A stretch of DNA of 64,000 nt, taken from positions 3,183 to 67,182 of the forward strand of contig VBBR01000032.1 of assembly GCA_005881615.1 (NCBI GenBank), in the 5' to 3' direction. Under the pieces are notes generated by a model. The model searched no databases. It was not told where the DNA came from and saw only the letters and a list, made by a program, of their open reading frames with translations. Origin of the DNA: Candidatus Bathyarchaeota archaeon. Its GTDB lineage: Archaea; Thermoproteota; Bathyarchaeia; 40CM-2-53-6. This document shows, one piece after another, positions 27,161 to 35,979 of this stretch. The stretch's first letter is position 1. Each line of letters starts with the position of its first letter. A program made the translations under genes and the position numbers.

Positions 27161-27658
27161 CTAACTGGTTGGAAGCTTGCCCTGACCCTGCTTGGCTTCT
27201 GAGGAATGGCTCTTCTCGGATTGGATATTGCTCCAGGCCTTCGAAAGCATCTCCTTCTCGTTCGGGTACGACAAGGTATGAAGAGCCTTCTCGTACGGCA
27301 TCCACTCCATCGCATCATGCTCCGTCCCCACCTTCGCATCAGCCTGATCAGTCTCAAAGAGAAAGAAATGGACAGTCTTGTCGTAAGTCTTCGCACGGAA
27401 CCCGAACTGGTACTTGATCGCGCCAAGCTTCCCATGCAGCTTCACCCTGCTCACACCAGTCTCCTCACGCACCTCCCTCATAGCCGTCGTGACCTCGTCC
27501 TCCCCCTCCTCGATCAAACCCTTCGGCAAACACCACACACCTCTCTTATTGCTCGTCAACAGCAGAAAAAGCGGATTATCCTTGTCCCAGCGATAGACGA
27601 CTCCCCCAGCTGATGTAACCCGGATCCTCTGCCTGGGCTGCATTCCGCCCCCGTACAT
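27161..27658 (-). CDS. NUDIX hydrolase
   Basis: Nudix box GLIEEGEDEVTTAMREVREETGV (G-x5-E-x7-REUxEExGU). Confidence 0.75.
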   Translation of the reverse strand: MYGGGMQPRQRIRVTSAGGVVYRWDKDNPLFLLLTSNKRGVWCLPKGLIEEGEDEVTTAMREVREETGVSRVKLHGKLGAIKYQFGFRAKTYDKTVHFFLFETDQADAKVGTEHDAMEWMPYEKALHTLSYPNEKEMLSKAWSNIQSEKSHSSEAKQGQGKLPTS

Positions 27659-27680
27659 GACTACACTCTACGCTCTGCGA

Positions 27681-28889
27681 CTATAATTCGATATCTTTCG
27701 ACAAAGGCGTGATGTTTTCCGAAGGAGAACCAACAACCACAATGTCCTCTATCCTGATACCACCCCACTTGGGCTCGTAGAGCCCTGGCTCGATCGTCAC
27801 CACGGATCCTTTTCTCAGGTTATCCTTGCCGTACAGAGAGAGATACGGCCTTTCTCCAATAGTCAGTCCCACTCCATGACCGAGGCCGTGCATGAACCCA
27901 TGAGTCCGCGCTTCTTTGTTCCCCTTGACCAGTTGTCTCGCCGTTGGGTATCCTTTCCTCTCAAAGATCTTGCAGGCATTTGCCATCATGTCCTTGCAGG
28001 GAACCTGCTCCTTCACCATGTCGAGGGCTGATGTCTGGACCTCGAGAACGGCGTCATACATTTCCTTAATCTTCTTCGGCGCGGAACCGAACAGGTAGGT
28101 CCGAGTCAAGTCATGCCAGTAACCATCCGGCTCAGAGGGAAATATGTCGAAGACAATAGGCTCACCAGCTCGGACAATATCTTCGTCTTCACCTCTATAG
28201 TGAGGGTCACTCGATCTCCTGCCTGGCGCGAATATCGTGTCCTCCGGCGCGACCAAGTTCTGCTCGGAAAGCGACCTTCCGATAACCTTCTTGACGGTTC
28301 CAACACTCAAGGGCGTTGACTTGTAAGATACCCTCTTTCCATTGACCTTTGCTCCTCGTAGAAACCGGAGCGTGTCTTCCACGACTCGGATGGTCTTCTT
28401 TCCGAGAACTCTCAGCCTTTCGACCTCCCAACGATCCTTCGTCTCACGTGCAGCTTCGATGATCGTAGGCGACTTTTCCCCTGTAATCTTCACGCCCTTT
28501 CTGCGAAGAGCATCGATCATGTGCAGTGTATTGGACACGTCATTTCTTCCAGCCAGAATTATGGACCCGTGAAGTCCCTCGTCCTTCATGATTTTCTGAT
28601 AGAATCGGATCCTGGCCTCATCCCGGTCATACTTGCTAGCGATCCGCTCGTATCCATAGTCCGAGTAGGTCTTGATGTTGCGAACCTTTCCTTGGCGCGC
28701 GCTGCCCACGTCGATGTTGCTTACTATGAGCGTTGGGTCATGTGATCTTCGTTTCAGAAATATTCCCCCTCTCGGCAGAGAGGTTCCTGCCGCGTACCGA
28801 AGGTCTGGGTTTCCGACCGTTGAATCTCCGAAGACTATGATTGAATTGAGATTTCTTTTTTCCATCTCCACGTCGAGATCTTTGATCAA
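27681..28889 (-). CDS. M24-family metallopeptidase (Xaa-Pro aminopeptidase / prolidase-like)
   Basis: HGLGHGVGLTIGERP and EPGLYEPKWGGIRIEDIVVV are typical metal-ligand regions of the pita-bread fold. Confidence 0.8.
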   Translation of the reverse strand: MIKDLDVEMEKRNLNSIIVFGDSTVGNPDLRYAAGTSLPRGGIFLKRRSHDPTLIVSNIDVGSARQGKVRNIKTYSDYGYERIASKYDRDEARIRFYQKIMKDEGLHGSIILAGRNDVSNTLHMIDALRRKGVKITGEKSPTIIEAARETKDRWEVERLRVLGKKTIRVVEDTLRFLRGAKVNGKRVSYKSTPLSVGTVKKVIGRSLSEQNLVAPEDTIFAPGRRSSDPHYRGEDEDIVRAGEPIVFDIFPSEPDGYWHDLTRTYLFGSAPKKIKEMYDAVLEVQTSALDMVKEQVPCKDMMANACKIFERKGYPTARQLVKGNKEARTHGFMHGLGHGVGLTIGERPYLSLYGKDNLRKGSVVTIEPGLYEPKWGGIRIEDIVVVGSPSENITPLSKDIEL

Positions 28890-28978
28890 GAAGATGCCCT
28901 AGCAACAGGGGGCGAGAATAGTATATTATGATTGGGAACGATCAGTGCGATAAATTGCTCGATAGATTGATGAAGGAT

Positions 28979-29260
28979 CTAGTTCTTCCTGGCGGAAACC
29001 AGAGGCTTCTGAAGGGAAGTCCGAAACAGCCTTTTCTGAGTGGACCTGCGGTGCCGCCTCTCTAGCTCGCTCTTCAACCGTCTTTCCTCCGCCCCGTGTA
29101 GCCAGTCAGGGATTAGAAGAACCCGGATCAGTTCCTGGACAGTGACGCCTCTCTGAATTGCGAGTTGCTTGAGCCTTAGGTAAACGGCTCGGTCGAGGAC
29201 CTGCATGAACTTGACGGAGTCTTTGGTGCCCCGAGTTCTCGATACTGGCATAGGAACCAC
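28979..29260 (-). CDS. small ribbon-helix-helix-like protein (possible regulator)
   Basis: SVKFMQVLDRAVYLRLKQLAIQRGVTVQELIRVLL shows the beta-strand/helix/helix pattern of CopG/Arc-type RHH proteins. Weak. Confidence 0.35.
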   Translation of the reverse strand: MVPMPVSRTRGTKDSVKFMQVLDRAVYLRLKQLAIQRGVTVQELIRVLLIPDWLHGAEERRLKSELERRHRRSTQKRLFRTSLQKPLVSARKN

Positions 29261-29381
29261 GGGAGTCCACTACTATTCATGGCTCATCTACTCTTCTTAT
29301 AGAATAAACTCTAAACAAAAACAAGCTTCCAACCAGCAGGCGGAAATCGGTTAAATTGGACGACAAAGATAGGAACTGCTC

Positions 29382-30410
29382 ATGCTGGCTTGTCTAATCA
29401 ACGGACCTGGGCTTGCGGAGGTCAAAGAGGTCCCAGTTCCCAGACTCCAGCCGGGCGAAGTCTTGATCAAACTCGCAGCAGCCGGAATATGCGGGACTGA
29501 CGTCGAAAAAGTCCATGGTGCATATGGACTTGGCGGAATCCTCGGCCACGAAGTCAGCGGGACCATCGCCAGCGTAGGTGAGGGAGTGACCGATCTGAGA
29601 AAATCGGACAGAGTCATCGCGCATCATCACGCGCCATGCTACAATTGCGAATACTGCCGATACGGGGACCACACCATGTGCGATCTCTTCAAGAAAACAA
29701 ACTTTGATCCCTGCGGACTTGCAGAGTACTTCCGAGTTCCCGAGGCAAACGTCACTCGAGGAGCGGTAGTACGCTTGCCCAAAGAGACAAGCTTCGAAGA
29801 AGGATCCATGATAGAACCGACCGCCTGTTGCGTGAGGGCCCTCGGCAAGGCGGGAGTTAACCCTGGAGACAAAGTCCTCGTCGTAGGCCTAGGCCCGACT
29901 GGCCTGACACAAATACAATTACTCAGGAAAATGGGCGCGGCAAAAATAATCGGCGTCGATATTCTGCCCCATCGACTCGAAATGGCACAAAAGCTGGGGG
30001 CCGACGAGTCGATTGATCCTTCCTCAAAAGATGTCCCTAAACAAGTTACGAAATCAACCCGAGTTGGTGTTGATTTGGCAATCGTATCGACTGGGAATCA
30101 GAAGGCAATACAGCCCGCGCTTGCCTCGGTTAGAAAAGGGGGCAAACTCCTTCTGTTTGGCGCCCCCGCTCAAGGCGCGACCATTGATCTCGATGTCGGC
30201 GCGTTGTTCAGCCGGCAGATCTCAATTGTGACGAGCTATTCTTGTGTAGAATCGGATATTCATCGCGCTCTCGGATTTCTGGCAAAAAGAGAGATAGACC
30301 TTCGGTCTATGGTTACTGACCGATTTGCCTTACGAGACGCTCCAAAAGCGCTTGAGCATGCTCGAACTTCGAGAACTGCCGTCAAGACCGTGATCTTGTC
30401 CCAAGCGTAA
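29382..30410 (+). CDS. zinc-dependent medium-chain alcohol dehydrogenase (threonine/sorbitol dehydrogenase-like)
   Basis: GICGTDVEKVHG...GHEVSGTIASVGEGV (catalytic zinc), C-x2-C-x2-C-x7-C structural-zinc motif (CYNCEYCRYGDHTMC), GLGPTGL Rossmann motif. Confidence 0.8.
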   Translation: MLACLINGPGLAEVKEVPVPRLQPGEVLIKLAAAGICGTDVEKVHGAYGLGGILGHEVSGTIASVGEGVTDLRKSDRVIAHHHAPCYNCEYCRYGDHTMCDLFKKTNFDPCGLAEYFRVPEANVTRGAVVRLPKETSFEEGSMIEPTACCVRALGKAGVNPGDKVLVVGLGPTGLTQIQLLRKMGAAKIIGVDILPHRLEMAQKLGADESIDPSSKDVPKQVTKSTRVGVDLAIVSTGNQKAIQPALASVRKGGKLLLFGAPAQGATIDLDVGALFSRQISIVTSYSCVESDIHRALGFLAKREIDLRSMVTDRFALRDAPKALEHARTSRTAVKTVILSQA

Positions 30411-30449
30411 CACGATGCCAGAGGGAGTTGGCGCTAGTCTTTCCATGCT

Positions 30450-30779
30450 TTGTTCGAGGCGAATCTGACAACGCAATTTCAGTTTGACGAAAAGGTGGAC
30501 TTGGCGATAGGCAAGTCTGTGAAGGCCACGCTCAGGTTCTACAACGAGCTCAGAAAGCAAGCGGTTGCTCGAGGCGAGGTGGTGAAGCCTCCCAGCTACG
30601 AGACGTTCTCGACAATGGCGAGAGGCCTCATGGATGCAAACAAACAGGTTGATCTCGACCGACTGAAGAACGCGAGCATGCGAGACCTCTTCGAGCGAAC
30701 ATGGTCACAGAAGCTTCTCAACTATTCGACGCAGAAACTTCAGAGAGAGGCCTACGAGACTCTCATGAGGAGATACTAG
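30450..30779 (+). CDS. hypothetical protein
   Basis: 109-aa ORF, helical, no motif recognised. Confidence 0.35.
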   Translation: MFEANLTTQFQFDEKVDLAIGKSVKATLRFYNELRKQAVARGEVVKPPSYETFSTMARGLMDANKQVDLDRLKNASMRDLFERTWSQKLLNYSTQKLQREAYETLMRRY

Positions 30780-31056
30780 GAGCATATTGCACTCGACGCT
30801 TTGTGACTCGACAACGGCTACGGCCCTCATAGATTCTCCTCAGTGGTCGTCGAAATTATCGAGGATCTTTCAGGCTCTAATAGATGTTCTCGTCCCACTT
30901 CTGGGACAAGATGCTGAATAAGCACTTTTCCAGACGATTTCATCTCAAAGAAACTATATTCTCGCTGCTTTTCGCTCTCGTCCCTCATGGATATTCTCGC
31001 GTTCTGCGTGAGTTTCAAATACTACCACGCTCCAGTGCACGCTCAACTGAATAGAA

Positions 31057-31200
31057 ATGCCACAAGCATACTGCGTCAAATGCAAAGCAAATATCGAGAT
31101 CAAGAACCCAACGAACGTCACGCTCAAGAACGGAAAGGCTGCGGTCAAAGGCGTATGCCCCAACTGCGGAACCTCCGTCTTCCGAATCGGAAAGGGTTAG
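31057..31200 (+). CDS. small (47 aa) zinc-ribbon protein
   Basis: MPQAYCVKCKANIEIKNPTNVTLKNGKAAVKGVCPNCGTSVFRIGKG: CxxC-x25-CxxC. Below the 60-aa cutoff of the ORF track; overlaps a less plausible 95-aa ORF in another frame. Confidence 0.45.
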   Translation: MPQAYCVKCKANIEIKNPTNVTLKNGKAAVKGVCPNCGTSVFRIGKG

Positions 31201-31275
31201 CGGCTCATCTTAAGCCTCGCGCTCCCCTCCAATATTTTTCCACGCTGAAACACTCCTCTCGTAGAACCTTTTAAC

Positions 31276-33069
31276 TTGAAGAGAGGTCTCTCTCATGAGA
31301 GAACGGTGAGTACGCTCCGCGTCGCATTAGTAATCGTCCTTATGCTGATTGCAACGATAAGTCTCTCTCACACACAAGGAGCGATGGGAACTAGCCCGGC
31401 CACTCAGATAAATCGACTCTTCTACCTCTCTTCCTCAGGGGCACTTAGTTCGGCACCCCCATCGGGAAGCGCGCTCCCTTCCATGTCCAACATAACCAGC
31501 TCGCCAAGCAGTTTTTCCATTCAAACACCTCTTCTCTCATCGGCTTCGATTATCGGGCAACCTACATTCTCTATGTGGACCGATTGGACTGGAAACAAGT
31601 CCGCCCCCCCGCCCCTCTTGATAGGAGTATTCAGTTATCGGCTCCCTGGACAGATTTGGTCTAACACGACATCGACGGCGCAAACGATTTCCTCAGGACT
31701 CGGACCTCAACATCTTAACCTCACCTTGCCAACGCTTAACGCCAATTTGCTAGAAGGCACGTCCTTAGCCATTCAAGTTGTTGCGACCTTAGTTCCTCGC
31801 CACTCAAACATTACTTTAGATTGGGGGTCCGGTTCCGCTCCTTCCTTTGTCGTGCTGCCGCTCTCGGGTTATACGTCGCTATTTCAGATTAGCATTCTCA
31901 ATCACGATGAAGTCCCGACTACCTACTTCAACGTAAATGCAACTCCTGGAAACAACATCGTTCTTGTTAAGGTACTCGTCAACTCGGCCTTTGGATGTTC
32001 AGACGTATCCAAAGTCAACATGACCATTGTGGATCCTCTTTCCCGTCCCGCAGTCGGCGCATCCAACAGGGCCATGCAACAAACCCCTCCATGCCCGGCG
32101 GGACAGAGTCCCTTCGAATTCATCGCCGCTTGGACCTATCTTCCGGGCGCTGCACAGGCAACTTATCAAGTGTGGGTGGATATTATCGACATACAAGGTA
32201 ACACCGCATACAGTTATCGTGGCCCGGCTAGCTTCGGGCTCGTTCCCCCTGGTTTTATCCCACCACCTTACGATCTGATCCCATATTTCGCTGTCGCTGG
32301 CATAGGAGTTGTAGGAGTCTCAGTTGGAGCATTCTATTATCGAAGGAGAAGGGGCAAGAGCTACCTAGCCCCATTTGCACACTTCAACACCCTAACTTCC
32401 GGCGAATTGAACGGAGGAACCGTATCCATTGAAGGCAACACAGGATCGGGGAAAACCATTCTGTCCGAACAACTCATGTTCGAGGACCTCAAGCGAGGGA
32501 AGCCATGCATCTTCGTCTCCACCGGTGACTTTCCCTCTAACGTAAGATCGGGGATGAAGTCAATGGGTCTTGACGTAAGGGGTTACGAACAGAGCGGGCT
32601 CCTGACGTTTGTGGATGGATACTCGGCTGAGGCGGGGCAGGAATCGACCGAGAAATTTTCAGTCCCATCCATTGGGGACCTGACGACGCTGGGCATGAAG
32701 ATCTCATCATCTCTACCATCGCAGTCCAAGGGGGCGAGCCTCTACTTCGATTCCCTGGTCCCCCTAGCATCCAAGACGAAGCCGGAGAGTATCGTCTCGT
32801 TTGTCCAGTCGATTGGTGCGAAAATGAGAGGGATCGGAGGAAAGGCGGTTTTCACTCTGGGCCCCAGCGTCGATCCGATGGTGCAGAAACAACTAGAGGA
32901 CATGTCGGACTGTGTTGTCCAAATGGAAGCATTCGAAGAGCGCGGAGTTCGTCGTAGACGACTAAAGATTGCAAAGCTTAGAGCGAGGAGGCATCAGGAA
33001 GGTTGGAACGTCTTCGCCATAGAAGATGGAAAGGGAATAATCTTCTATTCGAAGAGGCCTAAGACCTAG
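31276..33069 (+). CDS. membrane protein: N-terminal anchor, ~280-aa extracellular domain, TM helix, cytoplasmic KaiC/RecA-like ATPase domain
   Basis: N-terminal hydrophobic helix (VALVIVLMLIATISL), a Ser/Thr-rich extracellular region, a second TM (IPYFAVAGIGVVGVSVGAFYYRRRRGK), then ...GGTVSIEGNTGSGKTILSEQLMFEDLKRGKPCIFVSTGDFP... (Walker A, KaiC/RecA-like). Confidence 0.7.
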   Translation: MKRGLSHERTVSTLRVALVIVLMLIATISLSHTQGAMGTSPATQINRLFYLSSSGALSSAPPSGSALPSMSNITSSPSSFSIQTPLLSSASIIGQPTFSMWTDWTGNKSAPPPLLIGVFSYRLPGQIWSNTTSTAQTISSGLGPQHLNLTLPTLNANLLEGTSLAIQVVATLVPRHSNITLDWGSGSAPSFVVLPLSGYTSLFQISILNHDEVPTTYFNVNATPGNNIVLVKVLVNSAFGCSDVSKVNMTIVDPLSRPAVGASNRAMQQTPPCPAGQSPFEFIAAWTYLPGAAQATYQVWVDIIDIQGNTAYSYRGPASFGLVPPGFIPPPYDLIPYFAVAGIGVVGVSVGAFYYRRRRGKSYLAPFAHFNTLTSGELNGGTVSIEGNTGSGKTILSEQLMFEDLKRGKPCIFVSTGDFPSNVRSGMKSMGLDVRGYEQSGLLTFVDGYSAEAGQESTEKFSVPSIGDLTTLGMKISSSLPSQSKGASLYFDSLVPLASKTKPESIVSFVQSIGAKMRGIGGKAVFTLGPSVDPMVQKQLEDMSDCVVQMEAFEERGVRRRRLKIAKLRARRHQEGWNVFAIEDGKGIIFYSKRPKT

Positions 33070-33815
33070 AATACCTTGTCGCGCGGGAAAACCTCTATTC
33101 CGGCGGTCCCAAATTGATATGGACGAATCTGCGTGTCATGAGCAATTCCACGCATTTTTTCGACTTGTACCGCTCGGACGAAGTTTCCTTGATGCATGAG
33201 TGTGTGAAGTACAACTACTCCGTGTGAAAGAAACTCCTCAAGTTGAAATCTTCGGTCCAAAAGCGATGTCTTCAACTCGCTCGTCACCAGAGAAGTGCAA
33301 CCCGTATCGGCCAGTGCATCGAAGAATTCCACGGTTGCTCTCCGTCTTTTCACCTCATCCCCGTACCTCAACATAATAGATGTGATAGGGTCGAGAGCGA
33401 TCCGCTCTACGTTCTCGCCCTCAACTAGTTTTGTAAGAGTTTTCAAGACCTCGGTGAAGCCGACCCCTTCAGAGGAGTCGGAAGAAAATAGCGCGTGAGG
33501 TCCATTGTTCTTGGTCTTAGTTCTCCGGAGACCGCTGGCGTCTAAGAACAGGAGTCGGCCTTTCTTCTCGACGCTATCCAGGTCCCAGTTGTAAGATTGA
33601 AAGTTCTGTTTGATCATGTCAGGATATTCGTCCAGAGTAACGTAGAGTCCTGTTTCGCCTTGAAGCGCCCCGCTGTAGAGATACTGAATCGCAAAAGTCG
33701 TCTTTCCGGAGCCAGGGCTCCCAACTACCAGAATGCATTTTCCCAAAGGGAAGCCTCCCCCGAGAAGCTCGTCGAGGCCTTTGATCCCTGTGGGAACTCT
33801 GTCCAACGCGATCAT
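33066..33815 (-). CDS. single-domain KaiC/RadA-like ATPase
   Basis: IPTGIKGLDELLGGGFPLGKCILVVGSPGSGKTTFAIQYLYSGALQGETGLYVTLDEYPD (KaiC-type Walker A region). Convergent with the previous gene and overlapping it by 4 nt. Confidence 0.8.
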   Translation of the reverse strand: MIALDRVPTGIKGLDELLGGGFPLGKCILVVGSPGSGKTTFAIQYLYSGALQGETGLYVTLDEYPDMIKQNFQSYNWDLDSVEKKGRLLFLDASGLRRTKTKNNGPHALFSSDSSEGVGFTEVLKTLTKLVEGENVERIALDPITSIMLRYGDEVKRRRATVEFFDALADTGCTSLVTSELKTSLLDRRFQLEEFLSHGVVVLHTLMHQGNFVRAVQVEKMRGIAHDTQIRPYQFGTAGIEVFPRDKVF

Positions 33816-33862
33816 TAATCAGGCGGTTATCAATGTATAAAAATAGTATTTCGAAATCAGCC

Positions 33863-34738
33863 CTAGACTTCCCGGAATTTTCCAGGTGGATTTTCCAGCC
33901 ATATTTTTGAAGAAACGACTCTAGAACTCACCTTCTCAGTTAGCACTGTGCGTGCTATGTGTCGATTTGCGGGGTCAGCTGCTAGGTTGCAGCCGAGAGC
34001 GAAGCACCAGCATACGCCGATTAGGAGAAGGAAGATGTAAGCGAGGGTGCTGAAGATTGGCCGGGTTAGGGCAGTGTAGAGGAGCGAGAAGCCCCCTGAT
34101 GCACCTATCACCATGGAGAGAATCGTGGTGTGGAAGGGACCCACATCAATGCTCCGAAGCCTCAGCCCTCCAAAGTATGGAAGCGCAAGGGCAACCAGCG
34201 GGAGCATTAGTGATGAGGTCATCGTGAGTGTCACAAAATCCTGAGTTATCAGGCTGACAATGTCTGTTGTCCGGGCGAGAGGCGAGATCAAGGGGAGGTC
34301 TTTGTGATTGGCTTCGTAGGTTGCAAAAGGTACTACAACCGCGAGGATGAATCCGAAGTACATGATCTGTCTACGAAGTTTCAGTCGCAAACCGCGGGAG
34401 GCTTGGACCGTTGAGAGTTCTGAGGTCTTGGATCCGATTACGTGAGTTCCCTTTGTGATGAAGAGATAGAGCTTAATCGCCTTCGTTGATATGACCCCGC
34501 CAAAGAAGTACATGTACGTGAACCCTATTGGAATGCCAATAAGAGAGATTACGAGGGTCAACGTCGCGCTCAACGTTAATGTGAGGAGTCCTAACTGCGC
34601 ATTTCTTGGCAGTATTCTATTCGCCGACTCGAGGATGGGAAGAACTGTAGATGATCCGATGAAAAAGAGAGCGAAAGTGGCAGCGCAGCAGACGAGTAAG
34701 TTTCGTCGGTTGTGTGAGCTTCCAGTGCCGCCTGACAA
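33863..34738 (-). CDS. integral membrane protein (about 8 TM helices)
   Basis: 291-aa ORF dominated by hydrophobic helices; no specific family recognised. Confidence 0.55.
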   Translation of the reverse strand: MSGGTGSSHNRRNLLVCCAATFALFFIGSSTVLPILESANRILPRNAQLGLLTLTLSATLTLVISLIGIPIGFTYMYFFGGVISTKAIKLYLFITKGTHVIGSKTSELSTVQASRGLRLKLRRQIMYFGFILAVVVPFATYEANHKDLPLISPLARTTDIVSLITQDFVTLTMTSSLMLPLVALALPYFGGLRLRSIDVGPFHTTILSMVIGASGGFSLLYTALTRPIFSTLAYIFLLLIGVCWCFALGCNLAADPANRHIARTVLTEKVSSRVVSSKIWLENPPGKFREV

Positions 34739-34827
34739 CGTTGCCCGAGTTGAGAATCCGGTTATTGAACAATATTTAGGAAGGCTGGTCCTCTAGCTCC
34801 ATCTAGCTAGTTAATGGAGAACTTCTC

Positions 34828-35604
34828 TTGCCTGAAGAAATGGATCTGATTCTAAAGATCGTTAGGACGTATCGTCCGACCGGCCGTGTGTCGATCCGAC
34901 GGATCGGGAGTTTCGTCAATGATGTATTCCTGGTTAAGGTGGACAACGAGAAACTGGTGGCCAAAAGGTACACGAACTGGGTGTCTCTCAAGTGGGTGAC
35001 GTTGAGTCTCTTTGGCCTGGGTTCGGTTCACTTCTCGATATCCGGGAAGAGACGGATGGAGGCTGAGTATGCCTTCAACGACCTTTTGTCACGTCGGGGG
35101 ATACCAGTGCCCTCGATTCTTGGGGCTGACCAGAAATCTAGGACGATACTGTTCTCCTTCGTTTCCGGCGACCAATTATCCAGTCTTCTTCCCAAGTTGG
35201 CCGGGGTTGCTCAAATAGGACAAAGGGAGCGAGAAGCAGCGTACCAGGCTGGAAAACTGATGGCGGGTGCACATCAGCTCGAAGCTTCGCTAGGCGATAC
35301 GAAGCCAGAGAACTTTCTCGTTGAAAAGAAAGGCGAGGTAACCCTCGTCGACCTTGAGCAAGCTCGCCACAGAGGGGATTATGCTTGGGATTTGGCGGAG
35401 TTCCTATTCTATTCAGGTCATTACTGGTTCTCGTTCAACAAAACTCTCGAGGGATACGTTGATTCCTTCATCAAGGGCTACAAGGAGCAAGGAAGTGCGA
35501 GCACGATAAGAGCTGCCGCCTCTCCACGATACGTTAGAGTCTTCTCCGTATGGACTCCCCCGAATATCCTGCATAACATGAGAAAGAAACTAACGGAGAT
35601 CTAA
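34828..35604 (+). CDS. protein-kinase-like fold protein (Bud32/RIO/Kdo-kinase-like)
   Basis: GDTKPENFLVEKKGEVTLVDLEQAR resembles a catalytic-loop (D-x-K-x-x-N) and DFG-equivalent (DLE) arrangement of small atypical kinases. Confidence 0.45.
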   Translation: MPEEMDLILKIVRTYRPTGRVSIRRIGSFVNDVFLVKVDNEKLVAKRYTNWVSLKWVTLSLFGLGSVHFSISGKRRMEAEYAFNDLLSRRGIPVPSILGADQKSRTILFSFVSGDQLSSLLPKLAGVAQIGQREREAAYQAGKLMAGAHQLEASLGDTKPENFLVEKKGEVTLVDLEQARHRGDYAWDLAEFLFYSGHYWFSFNKTLEGYVDSFIKGYKEQGSASTIRAAASPRYVRVFSVWTPPNILHNMRKKLTEI

Positions 35605-35633
35605 AGGCACCGTGATTCCTATAACTTGGTAAA

Positions 35634-35692
35634 ATCGCCCATAATCAGCCTTGATCGCGATTCTGGGATGCCGTCTGATTGCGCGGCACGAG
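35634..35692 (+). repeat. 59-bp element, copy 1 of an inverted pair (58/59 identical to 40416-40474)
   Basis: atcgcccataatcagccttgatcgcgattctgggatgccgtctgattgcgcggcacgag. Lower-identity similarity extends to about 35725. Lies in a 375-bp convergent intergenic region. Confidence 0.75.
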
Positions 35693-35979
35693 CGGTTTTC
35701 CCGGGAGTTCTCAGGTGGTAAGGTCGGCTATTTTCAGCCTTGATTCGTGATTTGAACAGGCTCGTCCGAACATGTGATATTTCGTGCTGTAAACCCGGAT
35801 AATTCCCGATCAGCAAAAGCCTGGATCGTGCTTTGATTGTTCTGTCTCGCCCATAATCACCATCAGACAGGAAATGTTCCAGGAAAAAATAGGGGGTATT
35901 AGCGACCGACCCTAGCACCGCATGAGCGGTTCTGCGAGATTGTACGGACAGGCGCTTAAACGAGGAGAGAAGGGATGTT

